A DNA stretch of 64,000 nucleotides from assembly GCA_000934665.2 (NCBI GenBank), contig JYFJ02001832.1, positions 1 to 64,000 of the forward strand, written 5' to 3'. Source of the DNA: Catajapyx aquilonaris. Its lineage: Eukaryota. The notes under the pieces are model-generated. The model saw nothing but the letters and a program-made list of their open reading frames with translations. It had not been told where the DNA came from and did not search any database. Position 1 is the stretch's first letter, and the number at the start of each line of letters is the position of its first letter. Made by a program: the position numbers and the translations under genes. Positions 1-13,401 of this stretch are shown piece after piece.

Positions 1-65
1 GATTCGAATTTCCGAAATTTGACGGCTCGCCATGGCCTTACCGTTCGTCTCTCAGGAAAACTGCT

Positions 66-135
66 TATACCCTCGGAATCAGGATTTTTTGCCCGATATT
101 TAGAATCCAACTTGTATTTTGAGTGGAGTGTCCCT
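66..135. mobile_element. Right end of Kolobok/T2-like MITE (same family as 54332-54744)
   Basis: ...GGATTTTTTGCCCGAT...TTTTGAGTGGAGTGTCCCT followed by TTAA; matches the TIR of the complete copy at 54332. Confidence 0.75.
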
Positions 136-326
136 TTAAAAGAAATATTAATATCTCGATAACTAAATTTAAACTCGTAAAACTGATTGCTCCATAAAGG
201 TTCAATTGGATGGGGGTTTCACATATATTTTTTCCACAAAAATCTATGACTATGACTTGACACCCACTGGCTGATCTGAAATGGAACCACCCTACTACAA
301 ACTTACAAAAGTTATGCATAACTTAC

Positions 327-2794
327 TTTGCCAGCTATCTTCGACCATGCCTGATTCATACCATGTTGATTACACAATGGAGTAAAAGCAGGCCTGGCAT
401 TCTTCATTGCAGAAACTTCACCTAGCATCTGACCACAAAAATCTCCCACATGGTATCTGGAAAAACCAATGTTATAAAATATATTCAGCTATTAATGTCC
501 TCTCAGTCTCTCTCCCATCATCTCACCTCTTTTCAAATATCTCAACTGTCAAATGAAGTAGCTCTCGCTTAGTCTTTTCTCGCCTTTTTACCATCTCTAG
601 CAATGTTACAGCCCGGCTTAAATCACGCCTAAGCTTGAGCATTTTTTCATACGAGGTTTCATCGTTCTTCCTATTTTTCCTTGTCTGCATCTTTTCAGTT
701 CTCCTTCGAAATGCAACATAAGGATTGTTTGTGGATGACCCTATTCGGTTTTCCGTTTTCACCTGCGGTATCAGTGGATGTTGCTGTAAACAAAAACTCA
801 ATAAAAATTTGCTCCAATGGGCAAAATGTACAATTACTTACCATTGTCAGCCTTTTGTTGAGCCAATAATCATAAACAGCAATTATTAAATCATCATCCT
901 CCTTCAGGAGGGTCTTGGCTTCTTGAAGAGTCACAACCGTCTGACCACTACTCTTTTCTAGGCGGTCCATCATTTCTTCAAACTGAAATGTTTAAACAGT
1001 TAAAGACAAACAGCCTTGACAAAAGAGTCACTGTATAGATGTAATGCTTCCATACCTTCAAAGGAGTGAGGTCCAACCTTTCTGACTGACTATTGACCCA
1101 CTTCTCGTCATCTGAATCCATGTCGTAATCAGGTATATCTTGCTCCATGGCAAATGCTATTAGAGGAAGAAAAGTAGCATCAAGTTTTGCACTAATGCAT
1201 CCCCTAGCAGTGTCATAGGGCATATGGGGAAATCCATGTGGCAAAGCAGCACCAAAGACAAAGTTGCTGTTTAACTCCTAAGAGGTTTTCAGGCTACCCT
1301 GTACCCTTTAAGTACCTCTAGGACTTTAAAAATATATATGAACACATTCCCCCTTTAAAAACCACAGCTCTGCATGATGGGATCTTGAGCTGTTATTGCA
1401 CGCAAACACCATGTCAACCAGGCATATTTTAAACCATAATACCAGATTTTGTACGCCTACAAGGGCTGTAAAATGATTTATAATGTATGTTTTTGCCACA
1501 AATACAGGCCCCGTACAGGTCAGCAGATAGTCACACATTATAGCTAGAATCCTCCTGGAGCGGAATGCACTACCACCACAGGTGTGTCAACCTCTCCAGG
1601 CCCTCCAGAAACCACTTTTTAGAGGTGCGACGCACCCACTACTGGAAAACTGGGCACAACGACGTAAACAACTGTCAACAGTGTCCTCGAAATGGCGTCG
1701 GCGCAGGTTTTTTTTCCTGGATCTGGGTTTGAGTGCTTCCACACCCGCTGCGCTCACCCGGCTTGGCCCCCAGTGACTTTCACCTGTTTAGATCCTTGAA
1801 AAGAACTCCTTCACTGATGCAATTTCAAGGACATTGTTGACTTTAAGCAGTTGTCTGGGAGGGGGTGTGCCGAACTTCCAAAACATGGTTCCTGGAGGGC
1901 CTGGAAAGGTTGCCACACCGATGACGCCTGTTCATTCAGCTCCAGGAGGATTCTCTCTATAATGTCTGACTATCAGCCGACCTGTACGGGCACTGTATTT
2001 GTGGCTTAAAAATCAACTGTAAATCATTTTAGTACGGCCTCATATATTGAGCATTCTTGCCATCAAAACCTATTCCTACACATCTTTCAGTCACTTCCCA
2101 GAAGTCGATCTGCCCCAAATTTTTCAAATGTGGAGAAACATGTGAAAGTCCCTTGATGAAAGGTATGAACTATGGTCTGGACTGTTTGGAAATTGCTCAA
2201 CAATGTTCCACTTGCCTTGTTGGAGGGAGCATGATAATGCTTGACTGCACTAGGCAGTCCTGTAAGTCTCTAACTGTTAAAGTGAGATACCTTCCAGAAC
2301 CCACAGTCATGATCCAGACCTTTCAGCAAGTGACCTTTGGTGTTTCCTCCCCTTAACATTTTTGGCAGGTGTGTTCCCAGACTCTATCAGGACGTATCCC
2401 TAAAAAAAGTTATATTGTTTCAGCTAAGATGCCAAACTGATGTTAAACCTTGCCACGCAACTGACATTGTACTGCTCCTTTCAGCGAGACAAACATCATT
2501 CTTCCATACTCACGTTGCATGTGAATTAATTGCCGAGGCATCTTGAATACCGCAGGATAAAATTTTTCATATTCGCTGAGGTCTTCCAATTCAAACACCT
2601 CAGGTGTCGGAATGATGAGACCTGCACAGATGGCACGTTGCAGATGATGCTCCTGTGCAAAAAACATACAAGCATATCAGAATAATCACAAGATGTGCAG
2701 AAATAAAATTTTCTACATCATTCTAAGTAACTATGTACTGGCAGTACATAATTATGACTGAGCTCAGAGCTTCTGAGAGACAATCCCTCTCCCT

Positions 2795-2825
<31 letters not shown>

Positions 2826-4180
2826 CCCCCCCCCNTACACTAAGAACAAATACACAAAAATAACTGCAACCATCAAGTTTTAAAACACTGGCAATCAAGC
2901 ATCGAGCTTTGGGCCATGGTGATCTAGTGGTCATGCCACTGGCCAGTCACGGGGGAGGTATGCGGTTCAGAACCTGTCACCTTGGCTAGTTTGGTCTTAT
3001 GCCACTTTCCCAACAACGAATCCTGGAAGATTTTCACTTCCTTCTCTACCCAGAGCCAAGAGAAAAATTCTGGCATTTTGGAGATACAAAATGACTCAAA
3101 AACTACTTAGCCGAGGCCTCCCTTTGGTACTCTCCCCCTTCCCCAATTTCAGCCATTGCAAGAGGTCTATACCATACAGGAACGGCAAACCCAATATTAT
3201 TGTTGTTGTTGCTAGTTTATTATGATCATATTCCATTAAAAATTATGGCGGTGCATGAAAAACATTTAGAAAGGGATCCTTTTTGTGCTGCAACTAGTCA
3301 ACTGAATATTAGCACTTAAAGTAACTGCTTAAAACTAAGCAGCTTAATACAAATTGCTAACGACCACTGACAATAACATTGGAACACATTATATCAATTG
3401 AACACTTGGAGGCAATGTTGTTGCTACATGAAGCACATCTCACTAGTTACATATTAAAACTTCACATTGAATTATCTAATGACAAGTTCCTCCACACCTG
3501 GCAAACTTTCGAACATTTAAGCAGCCATTGCCAGCATGTGAACAATTACAGCCTTGGCAGGCAACAATAGGGAGAGAACCAAAGGCAGCCATCGATTTAA
3601 AAAATTGTCATTAGGGCCATTCACACACGCCACTAAAATCACGATCTGCCCCGAGATCACGATTATACTTTATTATTCATTGTTAACAACAATGAATAAC
3701 AATGGTAACCAAGGTAACCCGGTGAGAAGATCATGATTTTGGTGGCGTGTGTGAATGGCCCTATTATGACTTGACATTCACACCCTTCATGAAACACCAC
3801 ATGTCAACACCACTATCTGCTGTTTTTGTCCAAAATTATGCTTCCTCAAGATTGTCAACTCTTCAAACAGCCGCCAATTCCAAACCCCAACCCTTTCCTG
3901 ACTGCCAAACTCATTTCCCATGACCTATCCCCAAACCATTTCAAACTAGCCGCGCACGTGAGCACCGCTAGCCGAACTCCCGCCATTTCAATATGGCCGC
4001 CAAAGGCCCTTTCTTCTCCGCACTTACACTTTCTTCCTCTTTCTCCATCCCGCTCGGCATTTGCGGCACCGCCCGGTTGATTGCCGAATACTCCGGCAAG
4101 TCGGGCAGCTCCTCCGCCATGAAGATAGGCACGGGCTTGGACGCATCCAGCGCCCGAGCCCTGAACGATAGCTTGCTCAT
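327..4180 (-). CDS. E(Pc): Enhancer of Polycomb (EPC1/2 homolog, NuA4/TIP60 subunit), 5' part; exons 4180-4028, 2652-2514, 1156-1056, 982-842, 783-527, 456-327; continues beyond left edge
   Basis: Spliced translation MSKLSFRARALDASKPVPIF...EHHLQRAI...IIPTPEV...PFAMEQDIPDYDMDSDDE...FEEMMDRLEKSS...NPYVAFRRRTEKMQTRKNRKNDETSYEKMLKLRRDL is the EPcA N-terminal domain. All junctions are GT-AG with phases 0,1,0,0,2,0. Confidence 0.96.
1462..2040. mobile_element. MITE with ~150-bp imperfect TIRs in E(Pc) intron 2
   Basis: 1462-1613 is the approximate reverse complement of 1887-2040 (e.g. CCGTACAGGTC..GATAGTCA / TGACTATC..GACCTGTACGG). Confidence 0.75.
2912..3190 (+). mobile_element. tRNA-derived SINE family C (second copy 52216-52500)
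   Basis: TGGTGATCTAGTGG A-box and GGTTCAGAACC B-box-like motif; body aligns by eye with 52216-52450. Confidence 0.65.
3614..3761. mobile_element. Tourist/Harbinger-like hairpin MITE
   Basis: GGGCCATTCACACACGCCAC ... GTGGCGTGTGTGAATGGCCC; fold-back over almost its whole length. Confidence 0.75.
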
Positions 4181-4760
4181 TGTTGACTCTGAAGGGGGAG
4201 CGGCAGGCGGCAGACACACTCAATCCTCCCCCTCCTCTTCCTCCCAACCCCTCACTCCCACTCTCCCCAAACCCCAACCCCACCGCCCCCCACCCCTAGG
4301 CACCGAAGCCTACACTGGGCCCGGAGTAGCCTAGCGCGTCCCCATGTTGTCCTCTTGACCCTCACAGCCGACGGGAATGGCCCGGTGTTGGCCCTGCGCT
4401 TTCAGGAGGGGCATGCTGCGGGATCCATACTCCCTGACTCCCATCATGCAATGGCGGCCACTGCTGCTTCTGCTTCGCTTCCACTACGCACTACCTAACC
4501 AGCCCATCCCGCACCACTTATCTCAGACCCCAAGTTCTGCTGCTTCTCTTGACTGGATTCGGCACCAAATATCGGGGGACTAATTTTGGGCGGGGGTTTA
4601 GGACCGGTTGGGTAATGCTTGCTGAACTGGGAGAGGAAACAAGGGGTGTGGGACGCTGATTTGATTGTGTGCTTGTAGTTGGCTATAGGTTGGGAGAGAT
4701 GGCGCTGGCGTGGGCATCCGGTAGCATGGTTGTCGCTTGTGATTGGATGATCCAAGGCGC
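3950..4760 (-). promoter_or_regulatory. GC/CpG-rich promoter and 5' UTR region of E(Pc)
   Basis: Sharp GC/CpG enrichment around the first exon against an AT-rich background; AATGGCGGCC (YY1/Pho-like) near 4450. Confidence 0.55.
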
Positions 4761-7096
4761 CATGCCATGTTATGGAAAGTTAATCATATGATATTGTATT
4801 GTTTGCTATTTTTAAGGATTACGTTTATGATAGTGAAATTTTCGGGCCCGAATTTATAGAGTAAATGCCATATATAAAACAGGAGGACACAGTGACCTGC
4901 AGTGACCCAATGCAATTACAGTACTGTATAAAGAAGTCAGCAGTACACTGCAGAATTACAAGTTATCAAGACAAAAGCGCATTACAAGTTATTAGTACCT
5001 GCTGAAGTAGAGCTAAATATACCTTGACGGTAAATTTGGACCATGCATTGATAAGACATGTCATACCTCTTGCTTATTTTTCCCTCCTATTTTTCTTCCA
5101 GTCCAACACTGACAGCATGTCGTCAGATACTAGTTAGAAGCAGCTGCATTCTGGTACAGACATTCACCATCATTGAGATTCTTTTTGGCTGCCATTGTAA
5201 CAATCAAAGGAATTTGCATACCAGAGATAAAGTAGTGTTTTCCAGGAACTGACTGGTACCAAGAGCTCTTGCTGGTACGCACGACTTCCCTTATGAGAGA
5301 TAAGTGGCTGCAATCTGAACTCCCAACATCAATGCAGAAAATCAAGACAGATGTGGTCCCAGAATTTTTTTTTAAAACGAAAGAAACTATACATTTCCAT
5401 GAGCACAGAAAAGATATACGTCGGAACCATCAGTAATACCTAAAGGGGCATTTTTGCTCGCTGGGCAAATAAACATTATGTACTTACTACAGAGCCAATA
5501 ATATATTTGCTTTATTTCAGGGCCAACATGCCTGACCTAGCTTACTAACAGTTATTATGAGATTTTAAGTTGTATGGAACTGCCATGCAGTGTTGGAGAA
5601 ATAAAGATATAACTTTAGGCTATACAGAGTAGCCTAATAAAATCATGGGAGAGTTTACAGGAATGTTGAATCCACCTTTGTGTACGGTATTGCACCCAGA
5701 AAGTTCGTCATTCAGCATTCCAATGAGTTATCTTTCTTTGTTTTTCTTTTTTATGTTAAAACCTTGACATTTTAAACTAAAGGCACCCTACCATTATATA
5801 GCTTGGCTTCTGTAAATGTGCGGCACCTTCCAACCAGACCCACTCTTCACAACCTCAATATTGTAAGCTGGTGAAAATTATAGAACTGCAAGGACCCCTG
5901 AGACTTGAGAAGTTATATCTGATATGTGAAGTTGGTGGTGCCAGCCACAAAGTTACAGATGCCAACTCATAGTAAGGCATGGAACTCCAGGTGATCTCCA
6001 TACAAACTTTCCTTCAGTTTTTCTTGTTTAATATGTAAGTCAAATGCTAGGGCAGCTCCCAAGACTAGGCCTACTAGTACTATTTCAATAGTGTCAATTT
6101 CATTTCTGGGGCTAGCACCCGGAGAAGGTGGATGCAAGTTGGGTGGGTTAGAGAATTTTTACATCCTGGCTCCAGCAACACAATCGCCTTGGAGACGATT
6201 GTCAACAGCACCTCTGGGTGAGACATCGCCTGCCTTGGAGACTGGTTGTTTACATCGCCATCAAATTCAACATCTTGTGTCGCAAACTGTTTACATTTTT
6301 ATATAGGTTTTATGTGATTGTTAAAAATAGGTTTATATGTGTAGCCTACATTGCATGAATGTTTTGAGTGTACGTATATGTTCATGCCATCCATTTCATC
6401 ATGATCCTATCCATTACATCTTCTACGTGGCCTGACCAATCACTAGAGGATCCATTGTAATGGTCATACGAGATGACCAGGTGAATGTACCTGGTCGTTG
6501 CTGGCAACCCCATTTTGGGAAAATGCTGTGCTTGTAGCTTGTTTGTGTATTGTATGTCAATTTCATTATTTCTATCTCAAGGAGAGGCAAAATTGAGACT
6601 AGGACTGCTCTATTTGAACAGCATACAGTGTTTTGGAAGTGAGCTCACATTCATTTTGGTGGATTTCATGGATGCTCATCCTTATAATATTCGCTGCCAG
6701 CTTCAAGGTGGCATGGAATCATACTACACAGCTGGAAAGCGAATATAATTTATAATATTGTGTAATTCACTGCTACTCTTGAAGGTGAGGTGATAGCATC
6801 AGCAAGTGGAGATGATCATACTCCATTTTTTACATTATTACTTTTTATGGAAGTGAATTAAACAAGCCATTTTGAACTGGCTAAACTGCTTTGTAAGCAT
6901 ATTTATCACAGGTGCCACAGCAGCTCCTGTATTGTGACAAAGTGAGCATAAATAGGCACATACACAGTAGTAACTTAGCAAAAGCTGTGCCATCTCAACC
7001 TGGGCCAAACATGAAGAGCTCACACTCCATGTGGGTTATTTTTCTTGCTGATTCACACTGCCACAGAGGCCTTTTACATTGCCTTGTACAGTTGTA

Positions 7097-7235
7097 CTAT
7101 CAGTCCACCAAGAATTGTCGCAGCGGCAGCGCACGAACTACAGTTACGAGCACTTCCGGGGGGAGAAGTCAATGGAGAAGTGCTCGTAGACTGTAGTTCG
7201 TGCGCTGCCTACGACAATTCTTGGTGGACTGATAG
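7097..7235. mobile_element. Palindromic MITE with TA TSD
   Basis: TA|CTATCAGTCCACCAAGAATTGTCG ... CGACAATTCTTGGTGGACTGATAG|TA; near-perfect hairpin. Confidence 0.8.
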
Positions 7236-8495
7236 TACCTACTCTACTTACTCCTCATGATAGTAGCCTGCTGTATCATACATACATGCTTTGCAGAATT
7301 GTGGTGGGAATCTCGACAACTGAAAAATTAGTAAGTTATATCAGAAAGGACCACTTCAGAATTGTGAATTATTTTAATAAAACACACGCTCAAGTTTGGA
7401 ACTCGTGTTTAAAGCAAGTCCTACGTATTCTTTCATTCATGTTATCAAACTATGAGGCACATTGTGTTAATTAAATTATCAGCCTCATGGCAATGATTAC
7501 GGTACTTGCTGGACAACTTGTAAGACTTGATATCTATTACACAATTTTTACATTTATCTTGAAAGAGAGTCCCACAAGGAAAAAGAATTTCTGCTCTCCA
7601 AGCGACAGGCTTTACTGGAAAGGGTGTTCCAAGTTCCTGCAATTCTAAACATTAATTTTGGTAACTTACAGCAATTTTAGATCAGATTCTGTGTTTTCAA
7701 TTTAGGCAAAATGATCCATAATTTTCATTGTTATGAAATTAAATAGGCCTATTGGCATCACAATAAGTAGGTAGGTAGAAGAGAAAGATTTTCCAGAAAA
7801 GCAACAGTATATTTTTAAATGGTGGGGAATGGAAAATTGGGAATAAGGTGTTTACATGTGAGCGTGCATGTGAGCGATGAAACCAATATTATTGAAGACC
7901 TTTGGGGGAAGAACGATCAAGGTCCACCTTTTGTCAAAAATGAGTTACACATCTCAGAAGATTGTTTCACTAGTAGAGAATTTTATGATGGTTTGGTCGT
8001 GGTTGTGGAATAATAATAATCATAGGTCACTATATGGAAGCCCCCGAAAGTGGGATTTACTATAGAAGCTTATGGGCCTTCGAAATTTAAAATGGGAATT
8101 TCTCAGTTTCACCTCAGGTCACCTTGATCGTTCTTCCCCCAAGGTCTTCAATTGTTTGGGCACATACTTTCCTTATCTTATACATTTGTGCTCCCTACCT
8201 CCCAAAAGGCATGCCAAGAATATGATCACCTTCAACATAATAAATATATTTTTCATCATGATCACTTTCTGATGAGACCCAACCAACAGCAGCGTGTGGT
8301 GATGCCCTCTAACACAGAGTGCTTCATGCGACTGGGAAAACTCAGGGCCCCCCACCTGAAACTAGAAATTCCCCCCAGCAAGCAGTCTCACACAATGACT
8401 TAGCCGCTCTCAGCAATGTCTAGGAGTGGTGGATCCAGCCATTAATATGACATTTTTCTCTCCTGTGTAGTGTTTGAATATTAGAATATAATATA

Positions 8496-9480
8496 AGGTA
8501 AAGTAGGGGAAGTGCACAATCGGGGGAAGTGCATCTCTGGTTGCTAGCTGGCCAGCTGGGGATGTGTGAAAGCTGAAAGGTATTGCTGTGCCATGTGTCG
8601 TCCTACTAGTGAATACTATGGTCTTGTAATCTGGCACAAGAGGGCAGGTTTACCTGCCCTTTTTGTCCAGAAGCACATGCTGTTTCGCGAGTTCTGCACT
8701 GCCTACTCCTGATGTGAGATACCTGCCAGCAACATCTGAGCGAGTTTTTCCGGAAAGTTTCCATCACCCAGTGTCCCTACTACACAGTTGTGGTGGCGTT
8801 CAACAGTATTATATGTATGTACAGTATGAGTGATGGAAGTGGGTAATCATTGAATGTGGCGGGGGGGTATGCACTTCCCCCCGGAAAATGTACGGCTGGG
8901 GCAAGTGCACCTCTGCTGCTTGGGGTAAGTGCACTCATGATGTGAGTTCATTTTCTGTGTGAATGTTACATTTTACACTTACGCTACATTTACTTTACAT
9001 GTTACACTTACTGGCACTAGCTTACTCTGAGCCTTCTGTGTTCCAAAGCAGCAAATGTCAAAATGGGGAGGACTTACTTACTTACTACTTACTTACTTAC
9101 GCAGTTATACGCAATGAAGTTCGTATCTCCTGAACAAATTGAGATATCATCATTCTGTAAATGGCATGTTTTAGCTCTGATTTTGATTATGACGCACTGC
9201 CCCCATCGCAGCAGAAATATAATTGCATGCAGGAATTGGATGGGGGGGATGCACTTACCCCGGGTGCCGGGGGAAGTGCACACCTCATGCATTGTTCCGC
9301 ATGATTGTTGCTGCCTTGGAAGCACTTCGTTATGAACCATTCTCCTTCTAACAGTGTCTTAGTAATGGACAGGAGTAACTGCAGGCAAAATTTCATTCAG
9401 ATACAAGGAACAGGTGGGATGCGATAGATGATTTAAAGTGATCTATTACAAAACAGGGGTGCACTTCCCCCACTTTACCT
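8496..9480. mobile_element. pogo-like non-autonomous DNA transposon
   Basis: TA|AGGTAAAGTAGGGGAAGTGCAC ... GTGCACTTCCCCCACTTTACCT|TA; internal repeats of the GGGGAAGTGCA motif in both orientations. Confidence 0.75.
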
Positions 9481-10258
9481 TACTGTATTTTGGCTGATAA
9501 TAGTCTGTTTTAAGTTTTGGATGGGAAATGTTTGAAGGTTTAAACTTAAGGCCCGTTTCAACGTAAAAGTTTCTCAGGCACAAGTCCTCTTGAGCGAGGA
9601 ATCTTGTTCATCGAGACGGACTCTATGTCGCCTCAAAGGCCCCTCTGGTCCCTCAGAAAGGGGATTAAAGTTGAAAATTGTCTACTTTTCCTCGTTCCTC
9701 GGATCCAGTCATGCACAGTTGGCTCCTCGTGCGCATGAAATCTTTTACGTGGATACCGGTCATTAGAGGGCTGGGGTTCCTGCCGAATTCAGGGGGTCAA
9801 GGTCAACAGCCCCTTTTAAATATCTTTTCCATGATGGATTAAAAAATTCTGAAATCAGGAAAGTTTTTGGTCTACATATTGTTAACTTTATGGCTGAAAA
9901 AATTTCGATATCCATTCTAGCTATAAAAACTGAAAAAGCCACAGAGAAACCACTTCACCTTGGAGAAAATCACTTTGGTTTCACTGACAAAAAATTTTCT
10001 CTGCTGTACCTGCATTTTAGATGCCAAACCATTATTTAGAGTTAACATTTGCAGTTTCAAATATAACTATTTTAAAATCCGTCATTTTTTCTTGACTCAT
10101 ATAAACAAGTCATAAAATTTTGGACTCTTTCTAACAGGCAATGGAATGAAATCCTAACTGCTGCCTTGAGTAGCAAGCCTCAATTTGAAATAAAACTCGG
10201 AATATTAGCAACATTTTTTTGTACCAGTCCATATACATTTGGATATCAGGAACATATA

Positions 10259-10489
10259 CAGGGTGTTCCAAGTTCGTAGGTCACTTTTCTATCACTAATG
10301 TTGGCCGAAGTGGTTATGTTTTTGTAGCATGTTGTGCCCCTACAGTTGCCCTATTCTCAAGCAACTGCTACATTCGACCACCTAGGAGTAATGGGGCAAC
10401 TGATTAGGTGCACAATAAGCTACAAAAAAATAACCACTTTGGGCAATATTAGTGATAAGAAAAGTGATCTGCGATCTTGGAACACCCTG
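10259..10489. mobile_element. Tc1/mariner-type MITE (CAGGGTG termini)
   Basis: TA|CAGGGTGTTCCAAG ... CTTGGAACACCCTG|TA; fold-back throughout. Confidence 0.85.
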
Positions 10490-10996
10490 TATACCCTTAA
10501 AGAGAATTCAGCGTTGTAATTTTTAAAATATCAGAGTCATACAATGACAATGTTCAAAATATCTTAAATTAACTCTGACAATATTACATAATTTCTATTA
10601 TACAATAAATTATTGGTCACAAAGTGACAATATATTTTCATACAGAATATATTATCAAGGAGAGATTGGAAGAGACTTCAGATTTTATTCAACAGACATG
10701 GTAAGGTAGTAAATGGGAGTCGAAGCTCATTGGTGAAATTTGTATAAATTTTCAGTCATGTAACTTGGGCTACACAATATCAGTCCTATGGTATTAACCA
10801 CAAATATTGTTCACAATACTCTTTCCAAAGCAATATTATACAGAAAAACTCTGATTTCATGTTTACACACTATTTCTGAGGCAATGCACAGGATGTACCT
10901 GTAAAAACACATTTTCTTATAAATTAATAAGTTATTCAAAGCCTGACACAATCCTGCCACAGGTAGAACAACCATGTGCAAGGACCCAAATAAATA

Positions 10997-12114
10997 CGTG
11001 GGTTGAGTCAAAAGTCATGGCGCATATTTTTTTATTCAAAAACGGTAACACATACAGAGATGACCTTTGCTGAGTTTTGAAGATCCGGCGATTACAATTT
11101 TATCTGGGATATAGATGTCGCCCATATCGCGCAGGGGGGGGTGGGGAAACAAATGCGGAATGTTNCCGCACCATCGCCCAAAGGCGGCCCGACCCTGACA
11201 CGCTTGGAGCTGTTGGGCTTTGCATGCTGGACGCTCGGCGATGGACAACACGGGAGCTTGCTTTCGAGTGTGGGACAATTCAGAGAACTATGCTTAGGAC
11301 TCTGAAAGACTGAAGGGTCTCAGGAAGTTGGCATCCTCACTGGTTCCTCGCCATCTCTTTGAGGTGCAAAAGTGCCGCCATTTTTCCCTCGCTAGGAACT
11401 CTTATAACACTGAGGGCGATGGTTTTTTAAAACTGTCTGTGGTGATAGATGACACATGGCTCCGGTCATAGTGCTCTGACTTGTCCCACACTCGAAAGCA
11501 AGCTCCAGAGTTGTCCATCGCCAAGTGTCCAGCATGCAACGTCCAACAGCTCCAAGAACGCCAGGCTCGGGCCCCACCTTAGGGCGATGGTGTGGTGGTG
11601 GTGGTGGTGGGGGGGGGGGGGTGTACGGGTCTTCAATTAGCTCTGGGGATGGAAATGGGACTTTTAACTGTAACTGTGGGGACATCTTCAAATAGTGGGG
11701 ACATTTCTCGTCCCCACAATTGAGTTGACCGGTTTGGTACATACATAGTGGGGACATGTCCCCACAATTGGGTCTGTTTAAAAACCATTTATCTCAGCCT
11801 AGGTTAGATAGGGTAGGGTAGGTTAGGTATGTTAGGTTAGGTTAGGTCAGGTCATGTTAGGATAAACTAGGTTTCAAAAGTTGTGTTAGCCATGTCCCCA
11901 CAGCTTATGGCGTGCAAACATACTTGTGTGTGTGTGTGTGTGTGTGTCACATTTCCCCTTTGTTTCCCCACCACCCTCACGATGTGGGCGACATCTATAT
12001 GCCGGATAAAATATTGTTATCACCGGATCTTCAAAACTCAGCAAAGGTCATCTTTGTATGTGTTACCGTTTTTGAATAAAAAAATACGAGCCATGACTTT
12101 TGACTCAACCCTCG
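10997..12114. mobile_element. mariner-derived fold-back element with transposase remnant and a nested insertion
   Basis: TA|CGTGGGTTGAGTCAAAAGTCATGG ... CCATGACTTTTGACTCAACCCTCG|TA; remnant DARRWTTRELAFECG...GLRKLASSLVPRHL (HTH plus WVPHEL-like motif). Confidence 0.85.
11621..11925. mobile_element. Element with GTGGGGAC/GTCCCCAC motifs and a degenerate (TTAGG)n tract, flanked by (TG)n; second copy 20337-20650
   Basis: Interrupts the right arm of the mariner fold-back; same motif order in both copies. Confidence 0.7.
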
Positions 12115-12924
12115 TACAGGGAATGGCTTCAGTGACACTGCAGTGTTCATGGCATTATTCATGCTCTTACAGTTAGTGTACAAATGTAACTTCCAATTTC
12201 ACATTCTTTTGTTTTGTGAGTACCTAAATAAACAGAAATATGACCTAATTTGCATTCATCAAACTGGACCCTATGATCTGGCTTAGATGATGCAAATTTT
12301 TTTCAAACTTCAAATAAACAAATAAGTCCAGACAGAGTTAATAATGCTTATTTAAATTTTTATGGCCAGGCTAGAATGGGGCCAATTTTTAGAGTTGAAT
12401 AGAGATAACTAAAATTGGCATTAGAATAATGTGTATTAATTCCTTGTTACCCACTTTATGAGCCCATATCAGGGGTATCCACATTGTTCAAGCCGGGTTG
12501 CACATACGTATATTTGGTGTACTATTACTTTTCGTGAGACAAAAAAACTGTAAAAAGTACGCATTTTCTAACATTGCCAGAAAATTATATAACCAGTTGC
12601 CAATATTTCAAAAGAATTTCTGTGGCCATTTGAAATCAAAAAAGTTGATATTTTCATCATTTTACAATCCAGATATTTGTCCATTGGAGATCTAAGTTCC
12701 GCAAAAAGTGAGTTTCACATTTTCATCCAATATTATTAGTAACAACTCCACTAAAAATTAGTGAGATATGAGCCAAAACCAATGTGCTCATATAGTAGTT
12801 AAGTGTCCTGCCTGTCTTCTACCTTAATTTATATCTCCATCTGCCACTCTTACCTATCTTCCAGATAGCCATAGTTGCTTTTGTTCATGGTTTTAGAATA
12901 CTCAGGTTAGATCACTCCCACCTA

Positions 12925-13220
12925 CCCCCTGACGGGGCAGTTTGCATGGGGTGCTCACCTGAGAACGCCATGAGACATCACAGAGCTGGACTATGTGGCG
13001 ACCCTACCGGACTACGCTGAACTTTATAGGTACGAAAGGGAAGCGCTACATTGGGTGACCCAACATGGTCGCAGGCGGCCATGTTGGGCCCACATGACGC
13101 TCTTCCCTTTTGTACCTATAAAGTTCAGCGTAGTCCGGTAGGGTCGCCACATAGTCCAGCTCTGTGAATTCTCATGGCGTTCTCAGGTGAGCAACCCATG
13201 CAAAACGCCCCGTCAGGTGA
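12925..13220. mobile_element. Near-perfect palindromic MITE (~295 bp)
   Basis: CCTGACGGGGC..CACCTGAGAACGCCATGAGA ... TCTCATGGCGTTCTCAGGTG..GCCCCGTCAGG; TA flanks. Confidence 0.8.
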
Positions 13221-13401
13221 TAAGATCACACTGTAGGGGTAGTGTCCATGGGCTGTTTTTGTTCCGTCCCAATCAATCATTAATATGTTTTGCTTTGGCT
13301 TCATCTCAGCTGTGATTTCCAGTAAATTACCCACCTCGAGGAACAGACAAATTACCAAAATAATGACAACCCTTGCCCTTTCAGTTACTCTAAGCTTATT
13401 C

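Noticed and set aside
3855..4334. Overlapping 142-aa and 113-aa ORFs at the E(Pc) 5' end
   Set aside because: By-products of GC-rich sequence; the real frame starts at 4180.
11800..11860. True telomeric or chromosome-fusion (TTAGG)n array
   Set aside because: Short, degenerate and embedded in a dispersed repeat present twice.
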